A stretch of 64,000 nucleotides of DNA, from positions 186,001 to 250,000 of the forward strand of contig OW569381.1 of assembly GCA_937625935.1 (NCBI GenBank), given 5' to 3'. The notes under the pieces were generated by a model. The model was not told where the DNA came from. It was given only the letters and a program-made list of their open reading frames with translations, and did not search any database. The position numbers and the translations under genes were made by a program. Shown piece after piece: positions 1-10,606 of this stretch; the stretch's first letter is position 1; every line of letters starts with the position of its first letter. This DNA is from Tetramitus jugosus (lineage: Eukaryota > Protista > Heterolobosea).

Positions 1-1322
1 TCCACTGCTTCATTTTCCACCCCCATCATACCTGAGAGAAACTCCTTGCTTGTCTTTCGGGTTTCCCTCACCGTAATTTTACCATCCTTCCACACAACAT
101 TATCAAACCATAAATTGATTTGATGCTTACGGTGAATGCCCAACTTGTCAAGGTCTTTACCTACTGACAATGCCAACCTTCTTCTACGCACGATGGCCCT
201 TGGACAACGTATGAGACAGTGCTGTATCGTCTCTGGCTCTTTGAGACATCGCTCACATCTTTCCATCACTTCATCCTTGCCGTATAGACAGCGTTTTGTC
301 TCTCTTGTGTGAAGAGTCCCGCTACGCACTTGAGCATAGAACCACTCCACTTGTCTATCTTGTGGGTACTTCATAAAGCTGAAGTCAGCGCCGCTCCGCA
401 TTGCGTCAGCTTGCAACCAGTATAGCCCAAGTCCCTTGATTCTTTCAGTCCTTTGTTGGTTCATTATTGACTGTAGCTGCTCTCTACTCTCGATATGGGA
501 GTCCCCCATCATAAGAGTTTCTGCATTACTGCTGGAGGTACCCTCCCTGAGTAACTGACATCCACACTCGTTCATTTGTGACAGCATGATGTTCAGCATC
601 TCATGAGATCTTGCCCCGATCTTGCACCCCGGGAATTCGATTCTGGTTTCCTTCGGACTTTTGAGCTTGTGGTCCAGGACCAGTTGGTCCCTGTTTGTGA
701 TACCACCAAGGTAGAGCTTTTTGAGGATAGCTGATGGCACATATCGTGCTATATTGCAGTCATCACAGTTTTTGTAGACCCGTTCCTTCCCTAGTTTGAT
801 ATTGTATCTGTGCATTCTTAGCGCACACCACTTCAGGTAAGAGTGCTTAGCGTGTTCCAGCCTGTTGCTTGACTGAAATACATTCTCTGATTGGAATGTT
901 TGTTTTTGCTTGATCTCCTCAAGCGTGTCAAGCAACAGCTGTTTCGCTTCGGTATCTCTTTTACCAGACACCATGGTACTGACAAACCATGCGGTTTGTG
1001 TCGTGATCGTTTCTTCTATATCGTTCAGACCGATCGATCCATGATCACTGCTGACAGGTAGCAGTTCGGAGGGGAAGCGTTTCATTGCTACCGATCCGTA
1101 CTTGACCAGCATCCTTCCCAATCTGTTCACCTTGAGTATCCATCCATCAGTCCAATCAGTGAACTTCATTAATTTCTTGCTAATTGTTTTCAACCAATTT
1201 TCATCTATGTTTGTGGCCTCCTGCAGCAGTAGTATGTCTATTTGCTCCGACTCCAGGAAGTCTACGACATCACTGGCCTTCCCTTTGATGCCGTTGATGT
1301 TGTACCACATCACTTTTAACAT
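1..1322 (-). CDS. LINE ORF2 derivative: APE N-terminus fused in frame to the post-RT/CCHC C-terminal region (RT core absent); runs off the window
   Basis: Manual translation from ATG 1322 gives MLKVMWYNINGIKGKASDVVDFLESEQIDILLLQEAT (APE motifs N-x-N-G and LQE). It continues without a stop through ...FPSELLPVSSDHGSIGL... to WFYAQVRSGTLHT...CERCLKEPETIQHCLIRC...WFDN. It is missing from the ORF track because it has no stop inside the window. Confidence 0.85.
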   Translation of the reverse strand, partial: MLKVMWYNINGIKGKASDVVDFLESEQIDILLLQEATNIDENWLKTISKKLMKFTDWTDGWILKVNRLGRMLVKYGSVAMKRFPSELLPVSSDHGSIGLNDIEETITTQTAWFVSTMVSGKRDTEAKQLLLDTLEEIKQKQTFQSENVFQSSNRLEHAKHSYLKWCALRMHRYNIKLGKERVYKNCDDCNIARYVPSAILKKLYLGGITNRDQLVLDHKLKSPKETRIEFPGCKIGARSHEMLNIMLSQMNECGCQLLREGTSSSNAETLMMGDSHIESREQLQSIMNQQRTERIKGLGLYWLQADAMRSGADFSFMKYPQDRQVEWFYAQVRSGTLHTRETKRCLYGKDEVMERCERCLKEPETIQHCLIRCPRAIVRRRRLALSVGKDLDKLGIHRKHQINLWFDNVVWKDGKITVRETRKTSKEFLSGMMGVENEAV

Positions 1323-1823
1323 GGTGGCGTTTGTTCTAACTGGGGTTGATTCACTTCAGCATTGCGAGTCGTGTGTACATTAACTATTGTTGATGCAACC
1401 TCTTTGCTGGCTTGTACCAAGTCTTTCATCTGAGCCATTCTTTCGGGTGTTTTGAGGAGTGCTTTCTTCCTCGAGTTCTCCGAGAGCATTGTGTTGGTTC
1501 CATGCTTGCCACTCTCTTTTCTTGGCGTGTCCTCCCTTAGTACCGCGTAGTTGTAAATGAGTGCTTGGCTGTCCGAGAGAGCACACTCTCTCCTCTTAGC
1601 TCGTCTAGCACTTATTAAGAGCTTCTTTCGCTCTTCCATTGTGTGTTCATCGGACGGCTCACTGACACTTAGTGGCTGTGATTGATTATCCACGTTATTG
1701 TTGGGAATCAAGACTGTCTCTTGATGTGGAACTATCTCACCGTTCTATTCTAGCATGATTACATCATTTCTCTCTCCGCTTGCTGTCATGTCCCCGTCAA
1801 GGTTATGAGGAGAACCTTCACAG

Positions 1824-2971
1824 GGTATTTCTCGTAAATCTGTTATTTACAAGATTTAATGGAATTGTTGTAGTAGTTAGTATCGTAAGAATCGGTGCAG
1901 TATCGAGTAACTTTTCTGTCAGAATTATCTGAGGATCACGCAAAATTCAAAAGGAATGAGGTCAAATTACGTGTGCTGATTTTTGGGCGCGTGGCTGGTC
2001 TGGCGGGAAATCCAATGGTCGTCCCAGGACACATGATGGATTGTGGTCGCCCGAACAAATCCAGGTCGAATCCAGGTTTTGTAATCCAGGCAACCAACGT
2101 CAAATAAAAGTCGGTTGGTTTCTTTCACCAACCAAACAACCAAACAACAACAATGACACAACAACAGTCACAACAACCATCACAACCACAACAAGAAGAG
2201 GAGTATGAAATTTCTGCACTGGGGGATGAGAAAAAGAAGAAAAAGGAACCAGTTCTTGGTTCAATGGGCGGACCCCTCCAACATCGAGCATGACTCCTGG
2301 GAATGGGAGGACATCTCCAAAGAACTTGTACAAGAGTTTCTGTCAAAGTATAATCCTAGACGTCGGCTTGAACTGTATTACTTACAGCGTCATAAAAGAA
2401 TCCCGGTCTATCTTGAATCAGGTCATGGAATCAAGAAGAAGAAGAACAACAAGAAGAAGAAATAAAAACCAGAATAGAAAACGAGGCGGATGACTGCGTC
2501 CTTGTATCATGAGTGGCAGTAAAAAAAAATCCGAGTCCGTTTATTCTGGTGCTTAGCTTCTTCTCCATTTTGACGCACAGTGAGCAACACAATGTTCGAC
2601 ATGACCTACAGTGATGGATGACAGGGAATTATTGATTGCTTGGATTTGCGTTGATTTTTTGAACGGAGATGATTTATTGATCAACATGATGATTGAACTT
2701 CAATGACCGGGGTTCCTATATATTGGACAACTGGGTTCCCTTGGCCTGACGTAGTTCATTTCGATAATTTCTCCCGGAGAAATACCAAAGAAATTTGCGC
2801 TCCATCACCTAGAAGTAATAGAGCGTTGGGTGTAACAACGATGCTCTTGGAGATGTTTCTGATGGAAGGAAGAAGGCATCTTTAATTCAAGATAAGAGAG
2901 AAAGTGCTGAGAAAAATTGTGAGATGGATGCTGCTAGACTAAACGCGAATTCAGTCCGACATTTTGTTCAA
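1824..2971. mobile_element. Secondary insertion into LINE ORF1 carrying a chromodomain pseudogene
   Basis: Removing it restores the ORF1 frame. It is flanked by ACAG direct repeats (1820-1823 and 2972-2975). An alternative reading is CACAG...CAGTG termini with a TT duplication. Three AATCCAGG repeats at 2058, 2069 and 2083. Confidence 0.7.
2153..2465 (+). pseudogene. Chromodomain protein, frameshifted
   Basis: ATG 2153 gives MTQQQSQQPSQPQQEEEYE. A frameshift near 2205 then gives KFLHW...NQFLVQWADPSNIEHDSWEWEDISKELVQEF, the chromodomain Y..E / FLVxW / SWE aromatic-cage pattern, followed by a basic tail. Confidence 0.75.
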
Positions 2972-3815
2972 ACAGTGTTGAATTCGTGGTGATGGCAGTG
3001 GTGTTACTACAGTCCTCTGTTCTTCTGCCTCCATTAGCTCAGGAGTGGTCTCCATCCTAGCAGTGGCTTGGGCAACTACTTGTTCCGGCATTGGTACCGG
3101 TTTGTTGCCCCCTTGACCCTTTGTCTTTCCTAATTCCTTGGTGAGTTCTGTGACCTGTCGACGCAGTGCGTCAACCACCGTCAGCAGCTCCTCGTACATC
3201 TTCGTCAACCTCTTGTTGACAGCCTTGAGAGGATCATGTGGTCTCTCGACGTATCGAGTGACCGTGGCCTTTACCTTGTTCTCTCCACTGAGCACTGCTC
3301 GTGCATAGGTTTCGTCACCCATGACCACGAAAGCAGTGTCACGCTTCTTGAGCACACTGGCAACCTTCTCAGGCCCCAGTAGCTTCTTGATGTCGTCCAC
3401 TGACATGTTCTTCATGCCATGGACGATCACCTTTCTTGTGCAATCAACACTGCGCTTGGGTGCAGCAGTGCTGTTACCAATCCTCCTCTCTTTGTTGAAC
3501 AACTCAACAAAGTCATAGATGCGGTCACCCTTGACCGTCACCCATGCAACAAAGCGTTGCTGGCCTTTCCTCTTGATGACCTGGACTCGGTTGAGCCAGT
3601 CACCAAACTCCTCTCCTATCTTTCTTGCCAAAGATGACTGAGAGACACCATCACCGTTGCCAGTAATGACCACCTCTCTGTCACTTGGCCTAGAGCCTTT
3701 CCGTGCAGTGGTCCACACTGCATAACGGCTGTTGCCGTATTCCTTCACCAAATTTGTTGAATCACCAGACATGTGATTCCGTTTTTTTCTGCGTTTTTGC
3801 CAGTCCTCATGGACA

Positions 3816-4460
3816 TTTTTTTTTCCATACAACAGTTGTTGCCACTTTGTTCAATACACTACTATGAGACATATCGTCGCTCAGAACCGCAGGTTCTGAG
3901 CTATTGTGCAGGTCTCTTCGCTAGCGAGTCTTTCCAGACTTTGTACATTCTTTTGATTCAAGATCTTTTCATTGCATTTACCAATCTTTTCACTTTTGTT
4001 TCCCGCTTCTTGCGGCCATATACTACTATTTCCTTCATCAGTACCTCCTTCTGGTCCTCTTCTTTACCCATTAGTCCTGCCAGCAGCTCTTCCGATGTTC
4101 GACTGGGGATCCGAGGTAGCATTTTGCCATCATCGTACACCGCATTGTCAAACCAGAGATGTGTGCTCATTGCAAGAGCGAACCGGAGACGATCCTACAC
4201 CTCTTGGTGGAGTGTGAAGAAGCCAAAAGAGCAAGAAGCGAACTAGTGGAAGAATTCAAGGTTTCATTGAACAAACTGGAGTTTATGAGACCAGCCAAGC
4301 TCAATGGTCTCCATCAGTGGTTCATACAGGTCTCGTACTACAGTCTTTGTGTGCAGAGTGCCACTCCGGACTTGGTGATAAAACCACAACTCACCTCTTT
4401 CTAGACCGAAAGGGCACTTCAAGAACTCATTCCACTCCTTATCCTTCTGCAGTTCAGCTT
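3816..4460 (-). mobile_element. Non-LTR retrotransposon copy B (5'-truncated, divergent subfamily) with internal 141-bp inversion
   Basis: PolyA tail (T-run 3816-3824 on +). TSD AGTCCTCATGGACA at 3802-3815 and 4461-4474. Encodes WFYHQVRSGTLHTK, CAHCKSEPETILHLLVEC (inverted segment 4159-4299) and WFDNAVYDDGK, all homologous to ORF2 of copies A and C. Confidence 0.92.
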
Positions 4461-4474
4461 AGTCCTCATGGACA
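4461..4474. repeat. Target-site duplication of copy B (partner 3802-3815)
   Basis: Exact 14-bp direct repeat (16 bp if the TT shared with the tail is included), lying -43 to -30 relative to tRNA-Phe nucleotide 1. Confidence 0.95.
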
Positions 4475-4503
4475 TTCATATTTAGACCTTCAAAATGGTA
4501 TGG

Positions 4504-4576
4504 GCCGAAATAGCTCAGTTGGGAGAGCGTGAGACTGAAGATCTTAAGGTCGCGTGTTCGATCCACGCTTTCGGCA
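4504..4576 (+). tRNA. tRNA-Phe(GAA)
   Basis: Acceptor stem GCCGAAA/TTTCGGC, D arm TAGCTCAGTTGGGAGAGC, anticodon loop CTGAAGA, T loop GTTCGATC, TTTT terminator at 4580-4583. Confidence 0.97.
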
Positions 4577-4635
4577 CAGTTTTATCATCCCACTTTTGAA
4601 GTCTACAGCCAAGCAACAAGAGCGAAACAGAAATA

Positions 4636-6393
4636 ATGTCTCATAGTCTTCACTTGATCGATTCTCATCTTGTTCGAAACTCCAATGTCAACCTCTATTC
4701 CCTATTTGATGAGATGAGGGATTATTTCGACTCATTGGGAGAGGATAGTATTCGGACCATCTTTCTTAATAGCAACGGAATTAAGAATGTCGTATGTGAC
4801 CTTAGCATAGTTCAAAATGAAGATGGAAAGAATAGAATTCAACAATCATTAAAGAAGCTTTCCTGGCTTCATTTGAATGAGAATGAATTTGAAGTTCTTG
4901 ATTTTACATTGTTGAATCACTTGACCGGTCTGCAGTACTTGAACCTCTCTCACAATAGGTTATCATCTCTAGTGAATGCAGGAACAACAGGATTTGCAAC
5001 ACTAAAGGTCATGGATCTCTCATTCAATCATTTGAAAAACTTGCAGGGTATCTCAAAATGTTTTAACTTAAGGGAGCTCTTAGTGGACCACAACAGCCTT
5101 TCCTCGATGGACAGTTTGAAAGATGTTTTTCAATTGAGTGAACTGGTTACATTTGACTTTCGTGATAATCACATTAGTGAAACTGAAGCTACAACAATAT
5201 TCCATAAGTTAGTCACCGGATGTCCTAAGCTTTCTTTCCTCAATGGAACAATGATGAAAACCCAAATCAATCTGAAAACAAAACGAAAAGGTGTGAGCTC
5301 CATGAAAATTGAAGGATACAACTCTTCGGAAGCATCAAGTCATCCTCAGTCTCCAAGTAAAATTGAAAGTTTGAGTAGTAGCTCTAAAACAAGTGAGAGG
5401 GAACACAAACTGATCCGAAATAACTCAGACCCTGGACTACTTCCAGAAGGAGGAAACAGACCCAGAAGAGGGAGCCTTCAAACTGGATTACTTAATGATC
5501 AGAAATTACTCAACAATCTCGCAGTTTTCGCGGCCAAGAAACAATTGAAGAAAACTCAAACAGGAGAGACTAGAGTCCAATCTTTGAGCTCCCACACCAG
5601 ATCTAACTCAGATATTGTACTTCGAACAAATAGAGGGCCCTCAGAAGCCCAAGCATCTAACCTAACCCCAACAAACTTTTATTCTGAATCTCAACCAGTG
5701 ATTCATGAAGATGAAGACGAAGAAGCAGAGTACTTGAGTAGAAGCGATCTGACGAATTCAAAAAATGAAGAGGATGTAGTTGAAACTCCCTCGCGTCACA
5801 CATTAGAGCAGAATATAACTGTTCAAACCACAAAGAGATATATCGTTCAACAAAGCAACAACAACGACAGAGTAGAGTTTATGGAACAAATAGAAACGAG
5901 AACAGTTCATACTCCAACCTTTGAAAGTCGAGAAAGTTTTAGGAGGGAATCATTCTCTAATGAAAGTAGGGATAACCCGGAGATGCCTTCAACAATTGTC
6001 AATGGAAGTGACAATCTCGAACAACAGATCAAGCGATCCGACGTTAGAAGAACAAGAGGGGTATCAGAAGTTGCAAGTCTGAGCAGAAAACATTTGTCCA
6101 TGCCCCACTCTCTCCAGTTAGCTCTCCAATCTTCTTCAATGTCTTCGGATCAACATAGATCAGTCCCTGCAAGGAACACTGGTTCAATCGAAACAGTAGA
6201 GCCTATCCCAATGTCAATCAGTAGTCGATCACCCTATCCAGCCCTATCGAATAGTTCTCAAGGAGAGAGTACTTTCTTTCCACCAAGTGAGCAACTCTCT
6301 TTGAACAGGGCAATTGACATGAAAGAACTAGCAAGAACAAAGATGAAAGAAAAGTTAAAATCGATTGCTCCCTTGGATGAAATCCCAAGTTAG
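4636..6393 (+). CDS. Leucine-rich repeat protein (SDS22-like LRRs) with long disordered S/T-rich C-terminus
   Basis: Repeated LxxLxLxxNxL motifs (LQYLNLSHNRL, LKVMDLSFNHL, LRELLVDHNSL) and an LRRcap-like CPKLSFLNG; 585-aa ORF. Confidence 0.88.
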   Translation: MSHSLHLIDSHLVRNSNVNLYSLFDEMRDYFDSLGEDSIRTIFLNSNGIKNVVCDLSIVQNEDGKNRIQQSLKKLSWLHLNENEFEVLDFTLLNHLTGLQYLNLSHNRLSSLVNAGTTGFATLKVMDLSFNHLKNLQGISKCFNLRELLVDHNSLSSMDSLKDVFQLSELVTFDFRDNHISETEATTIFHKLVTGCPKLSFLNGTMMKTQINLKTKRKGVSSMKIEGYNSSEASSHPQSPSKIESLSSSSKTSEREHKLIRNNSDPGLLPEGGNRPRRGSLQTGLLNDQKLLNNLAVFAAKKQLKKTQTGETRVQSLSSHTRSNSDIVLRTNRGPSEAQASNLTPTNFYSESQPVIHEDEDEEAEYLSRSDLTNSKNEEDVVETPSRHTLEQNITVQTTKRYIVQQSNNNDRVEFMEQIETRTVHTPTFESRESFRRESFSNESRDNPEMPSTIVNGSDNLEQQIKRSDVRRTRGVSEVASLSRKHLSMPHSLQLALQSSSMSSDQHRSVPARNTGSIETVEPIPMSISSRSPYPALSNSSQGESTFFPPSEQLSLNRAIDMKELARTKMKEKLKSIAPLDEIPS

Positions 6394-6596
6394 GTCAACA
6401 CAATCCAGACTGACATGATTGGACGAAAAGACAAAGTAACCCAACATTCATTATCACAGATTTCATAACCTGTATCATCGATATCAATCATACAATACTT
6501 CTTCTGTTAGACTCTACTAATCAAAAACTTTAATAAATTGTAATCTAATTCAATTTGAATCAAACGGATCCAGCTAGAAATTCAATGTCACTTTCT

Positions 6597-7271
6597 CTAC
6601 TTGTTGTGCCTTGTCGCTGCAGAAGCTCTCTTTACAATCAACTGATTCTGAATCTTGTCTCTCATTGCTTGCTTATCACTATGGAACTCAATCTGACTCA
6701 TAATATGCTTCTCCTGCTGTTCCACATTGTCCAAATCTGTTACAAACGGCAACAAATTCTCCAAACATTCCTGTCTCATGGTAGAAAACGAAATTTCGTC
6801 CAACAAAAAATTCAATTGCTCACAAGTCACTCCAAAATCACTCTTGTGTTCATTCATGTAGTTCATTAGAGTGTCAACTCTCTCATCATCATAACTCAAT
6901 TCTTTCATTTTGGATCGAATCGATTGAAATTGTGTATCAGTCATTGCTGGAACCGATATGTGATAGTAACTCGTAGTATTAGAAGATGGATTTTGGGTAT
7001 TGGAAGCTTCTGGTTCGCTATCACTCCGATTTCTCCGAATTAACCGATCATTTTCTCCGCCATGATCATGAGAAGGATAAGAAGAAGTGGTGCTATTGGC
7101 GGTGTAATAGTGAGTCGATGACAACAAAGGATCTGTTTGCTGATGATACACTCGTTGTTTTTCAATTGTGTCATAATTGGATGGAGTCGTGTAATACAGT
7201 GGAACTTCAACGTTGTTTCCACTACAACAGCAGCAAATGTACTCGTCGAGGAATCGTTTCAAAAATCCCAT
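6597..7271 (-). CDS. DUF4476-like domain protein with likely N-terminal lipidation
   Basis: C-terminal MTDTQFQSI...SYDDERV...VTCEQLNFLLDEISFSTMRQECLENLLPFVTDLDN resembles the DUF4476 pattern. N-terminal MG plus a CCCC cluster. Confidence 0.6.
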   Translation of the reverse strand: MGFLKRFLDEYICCCCSGNNVEVPLYYTTPSNYDTIEKQRVYHQQTDPLLSSTHYYTANSTTSSYPSHDHGGENDRLIRRNRSDSEPEASNTQNPSSNTTSYYHISVPAMTDTQFQSIRSKMKELSYDDERVDTLMNYMNEHKSDFGVTCEQLNFLLDEISFSTMRQECLENLLPFVTDLDNVEQQEKHIMSQIEFHSDKQAMRDKIQNQLIVKRASAATRHNK

Positions 7272-7676
7272 TTGTATGTTATGTATGGTGTTTGATACTT
7301 TTGTTGTTGTTTTTTCTGTTGTTGGTGTTGTTTTTTTTTTGTGGTGTGTTGAGGTCGCGATTATTTTCGATCAGACGAGTGAGTGACGGCGCATGGCTGA
7401 ATTCGAAGCTTTTATGGTAAGTGGAAAGGTATTGAGGATGTCTCCTCTTCTTTGTAGTTGTCAAGAAAGGAGGTACAGGCGAAGAATCAAAAACACAGAT
7501 GGAGACTTGAGCGTTATAAATATTGATGATTTTTAATTGATTGAGGCTTTTGGACGTTCTTCAATTGTTTCTCAACGATTTTGTTTTGAAAGGTAACGAG
7601 AATGGATTTCGCTAGCTCGTTTCATTTTTGCATTTTCCTTGTTCTTCTCCGTTCTGTTCTGTTCTGATTTGATTTT

Positions 7677-8617
<941 letters not shown>

Positions 8618-9237
8618 CTTTTTTTATTATGTGTGTGTATATTATTAATCTTGTTATTGATTCAACTAACGCGTTATTTTGTTGTTTGGTTAGGTGCTAT
8701 TTTGTGTTTTTTTTTGCTGTTGCTGTTGTTGCTGTTATACAAAATGAGAAAGCTCAATGTTGGTGTTTTTTTCTGGCAGGGAGAAGGGAGAAAAATATGA
8801 CTTCGAGAGCCGAAAATGATGTCAGAGCAGGTAGTACGCTGATGGTGGAAGAAAGAGATGTTGTGGTGTTCGTTTTCGTTTTCGTTTTCGTGGAAAAAAA
8901 AAAGAGATTCTTTGGGAGTTTTGTTGTTCAACGACAACGCAGCTCGCAGCTGTTCGTTGTTTCTTCTCTCATTTTTCACCAAAACACTGAGCGGACATTT
9001 CGGAAGATTCTTCTTTGGCTAACGACTATTTTTCTGGGATATCTGATACTGAAGTGAGACATGTGTGCATGATTGAAATGACAGCCAGGTCAACATGCAA
9101 GTTTTGTGATCATACCTGCTCTGAGATCAAACCACCTGACAAGTTGGACTAAACAAAGAAAGGGATAAGCCGATGTATCTTAAGCGGGAGTTCCTTCCAC
9201 TTCCTTCTCTCAACAAAACTGGAACACAAAAACAAAC

Positions 9238-10245
9238 ATGACCATCGAACTGAGCTGGGATGAACTCTTTCAGATTTTTCTCTTCCTGCCAGTGATCGAT
9301 GTGAATCACTTTTCCCAGACCCGTTCTACTACTCATGAGTGTATCATGTCCAACCAACATTTGTGGGCAGTGCTTTTCAAGAGAGATTTCAGTGAGATCT
9401 TGAGACAATGCCAACAAAAAGGATTGAATGAAGAACAACTGTGTATGACCAACATGTTGAGGAGGAAAGATTGCTGTGATGAAATGAAGAATTACGTGCT
9501 TCACTACTTGCATTATTTTAAGTTCCCCTTCGACCGAGTTGACTCGCAAACTGTGTACGACAAAGAGAAAAACCACATCAGTTCAAAGATTTTGTTTGGC
9601 GTGAATCAGATAGTGATTGATGTATTGAGGAACAAACAGCTCGTGATACAGGACAATGCAGCTTACAAACGAACCATCGTGGTCGATTTCGACCTTCTGT
9701 TTTTGGCTTCAAGACAGCCAAAGATAACGCCAAATTTTACAATTCAACTGTGGATGATGGGTCAGGAGCCAGAGCAAGTTCCAAACATGTATAGTACTTA
9801 CTTCCGTGGAACTCAATGCTTAGTGATCACGGTCGACACGAGACATTCCTTGATGGATGAAGACACTTATTCCACTACTCCTTCGCACAAAAGTTATTCG
9901 AATTCTTTGTCGAGAGCCTTGGTTACACTCATTAAGGGGTTACCTTTGTTAAATCTAGAGCCAACGGTGTGCAGAGGTGCGTTGATTGTTGGTCTTGGTT
10001 CTTGGTCAGAAGAAGCCTTGATATCCAAAGAGCGATTCCTGAATGACTGTGCTCACGTGTTCGATGCTTTGCCTTTGGAATACATAGAGTTGACCTGTGA
10101 TAATGCACCAGTTATGTCTGATGTTATATTGAGACGTTTTTACAGATTCCATGATCTGCAGACTGCTCAAGACAACGCCATGTTGATTAGCAATCAACCA
10201 AAAGCACCGGAAGCAGTTAAAAACACAAAATGCATTTTAAGTTAG
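9238..10245 (+). CDS. F-box protein with degenerate Ras/Rab-like domain and CaaX motif
   Basis: N-terminal LSWDELFQIFLFLP...LW F-box. IQLWMMGQEPEQ...STYFRGTQCLVITVD resembles Rab WDTAGQE...YYRG. Ends in CILS. Confidence 0.75.
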   Translation: MTIELSWDELFQIFLFLPVIDVNHFSQTRSTTHECIMSNQHLWAVLFKRDFSEILRQCQQKGLNEEQLCMTNMLRRKDCCDEMKNYVLHYLHYFKFPFDRVDSQTVYDKEKNHISSKILFGVNQIVIDVLRNKQLVIQDNAAYKRTIVVDFDLLFLASRQPKITPNFTIQLWMMGQEPEQVPNMYSTYFRGTQCLVITVDTRHSLMDEDTYSTTPSHKSYSNSLSRALVTLIKGLPLLNLEPTVCRGALIVGLGSWSEEALISKERFLNDCAHVFDALPLEYIELTCDNAPVMSDVILRRFYRFHDLQTAQDNAMLISNQPKAPEAVKNTKCILS

Positions 10246-10606
10246 TCCTCGAAAATCCTTGAGAGATAGTGCTATGGCTTTGATCCATGTTCTGAGCTAC
10301 GGCCCACGTTTTCCACGGAAATCTCGATAGGTTTTGTTTAATACTATACTCGCTTTGACATCACCCTGGAGCTTGATGACGGTCATACAATGGCCACGCA
10401 ACTATCACTTGCATTTATTCTCTGTGGTCTGTGGAGCTACACAGTTTGTAGGAGCTTTATCTCCCCCGATCCAAAATTCTCGTGATGGTCAATCCGACTT
10501 CCATAATCTGATCACCGTCGTCACAACATCGACCAAAATAAAGTCATCAAAAAAAATCCAATCAACAACAGATAAAACACAAAACACAAAACATAGGCCG
10601 ACAATA

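Larger units (their letters stand above)
1316..3772 (-). pseudogene. LINE ORF1 (RRM-type nucleic-acid-binding protein with coiled coil), split by a 1.15-kb insertion and one in-frame stop
   Basis: RRM-like motifs RKVIVHGM...RDTAFVVM and heptad region LKAVNKRLTKMYEELLTVVDALRRQVTELTKEL. The frame resumes left of ~1820 (GSPHNLDGDMT...) with one TAG at ~1745 and ends at TAA 1316, overlapping the ORF2 ATG (CCATGTTAA). Confidence 0.8.
1..3801 (-). mobile_element. Non-LTR retrotransposon copy A (ORF1 + internally deleted ORF2), tRNA-Phe-associated; continues left of the window
   Basis: The 5' end at 3801 abuts the target sequence AGTCCTCATGGACA. ORF1 (RRM + coiled coil) starts at ATG 3772. ORF2 starts at ATG 1322 with APE-endonuclease N-terminal motifs and ends in a CCHC zinc knuckle. 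The 3' part is closely similar to the polyA-tailed copy at 36599-37797. Confidence 0.9.

Noticed and set aside
1824-2971. Chromovirus/LTR retrotransposon origin of the chromodomain
   Set aside because: No LTRs, TG...CA ends, PBS or integrase. The chromodomain has its own ATG.
2951-3832. The 293-aa ORF as listed in the track
   Set aside because: Its first 20 codons run through the copy B tail, the TSD and the 5'UTR, and its last residues come from the inserted element. The real ORF1 starts at 3772 and continues beyond the insert.
4159-4299. Twin-priming 5' inversion
   Set aside because: The sequence 5' of the inverted block (4300-4460) is in sense orientation, so the inversion is internal.
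4470-4503. Shared sequence motif upstream of the three tRNAs as an endonuclease recognition site
   Set aside because: The three upstream regions and the TSDs show no common sequence beyond general AT richness.
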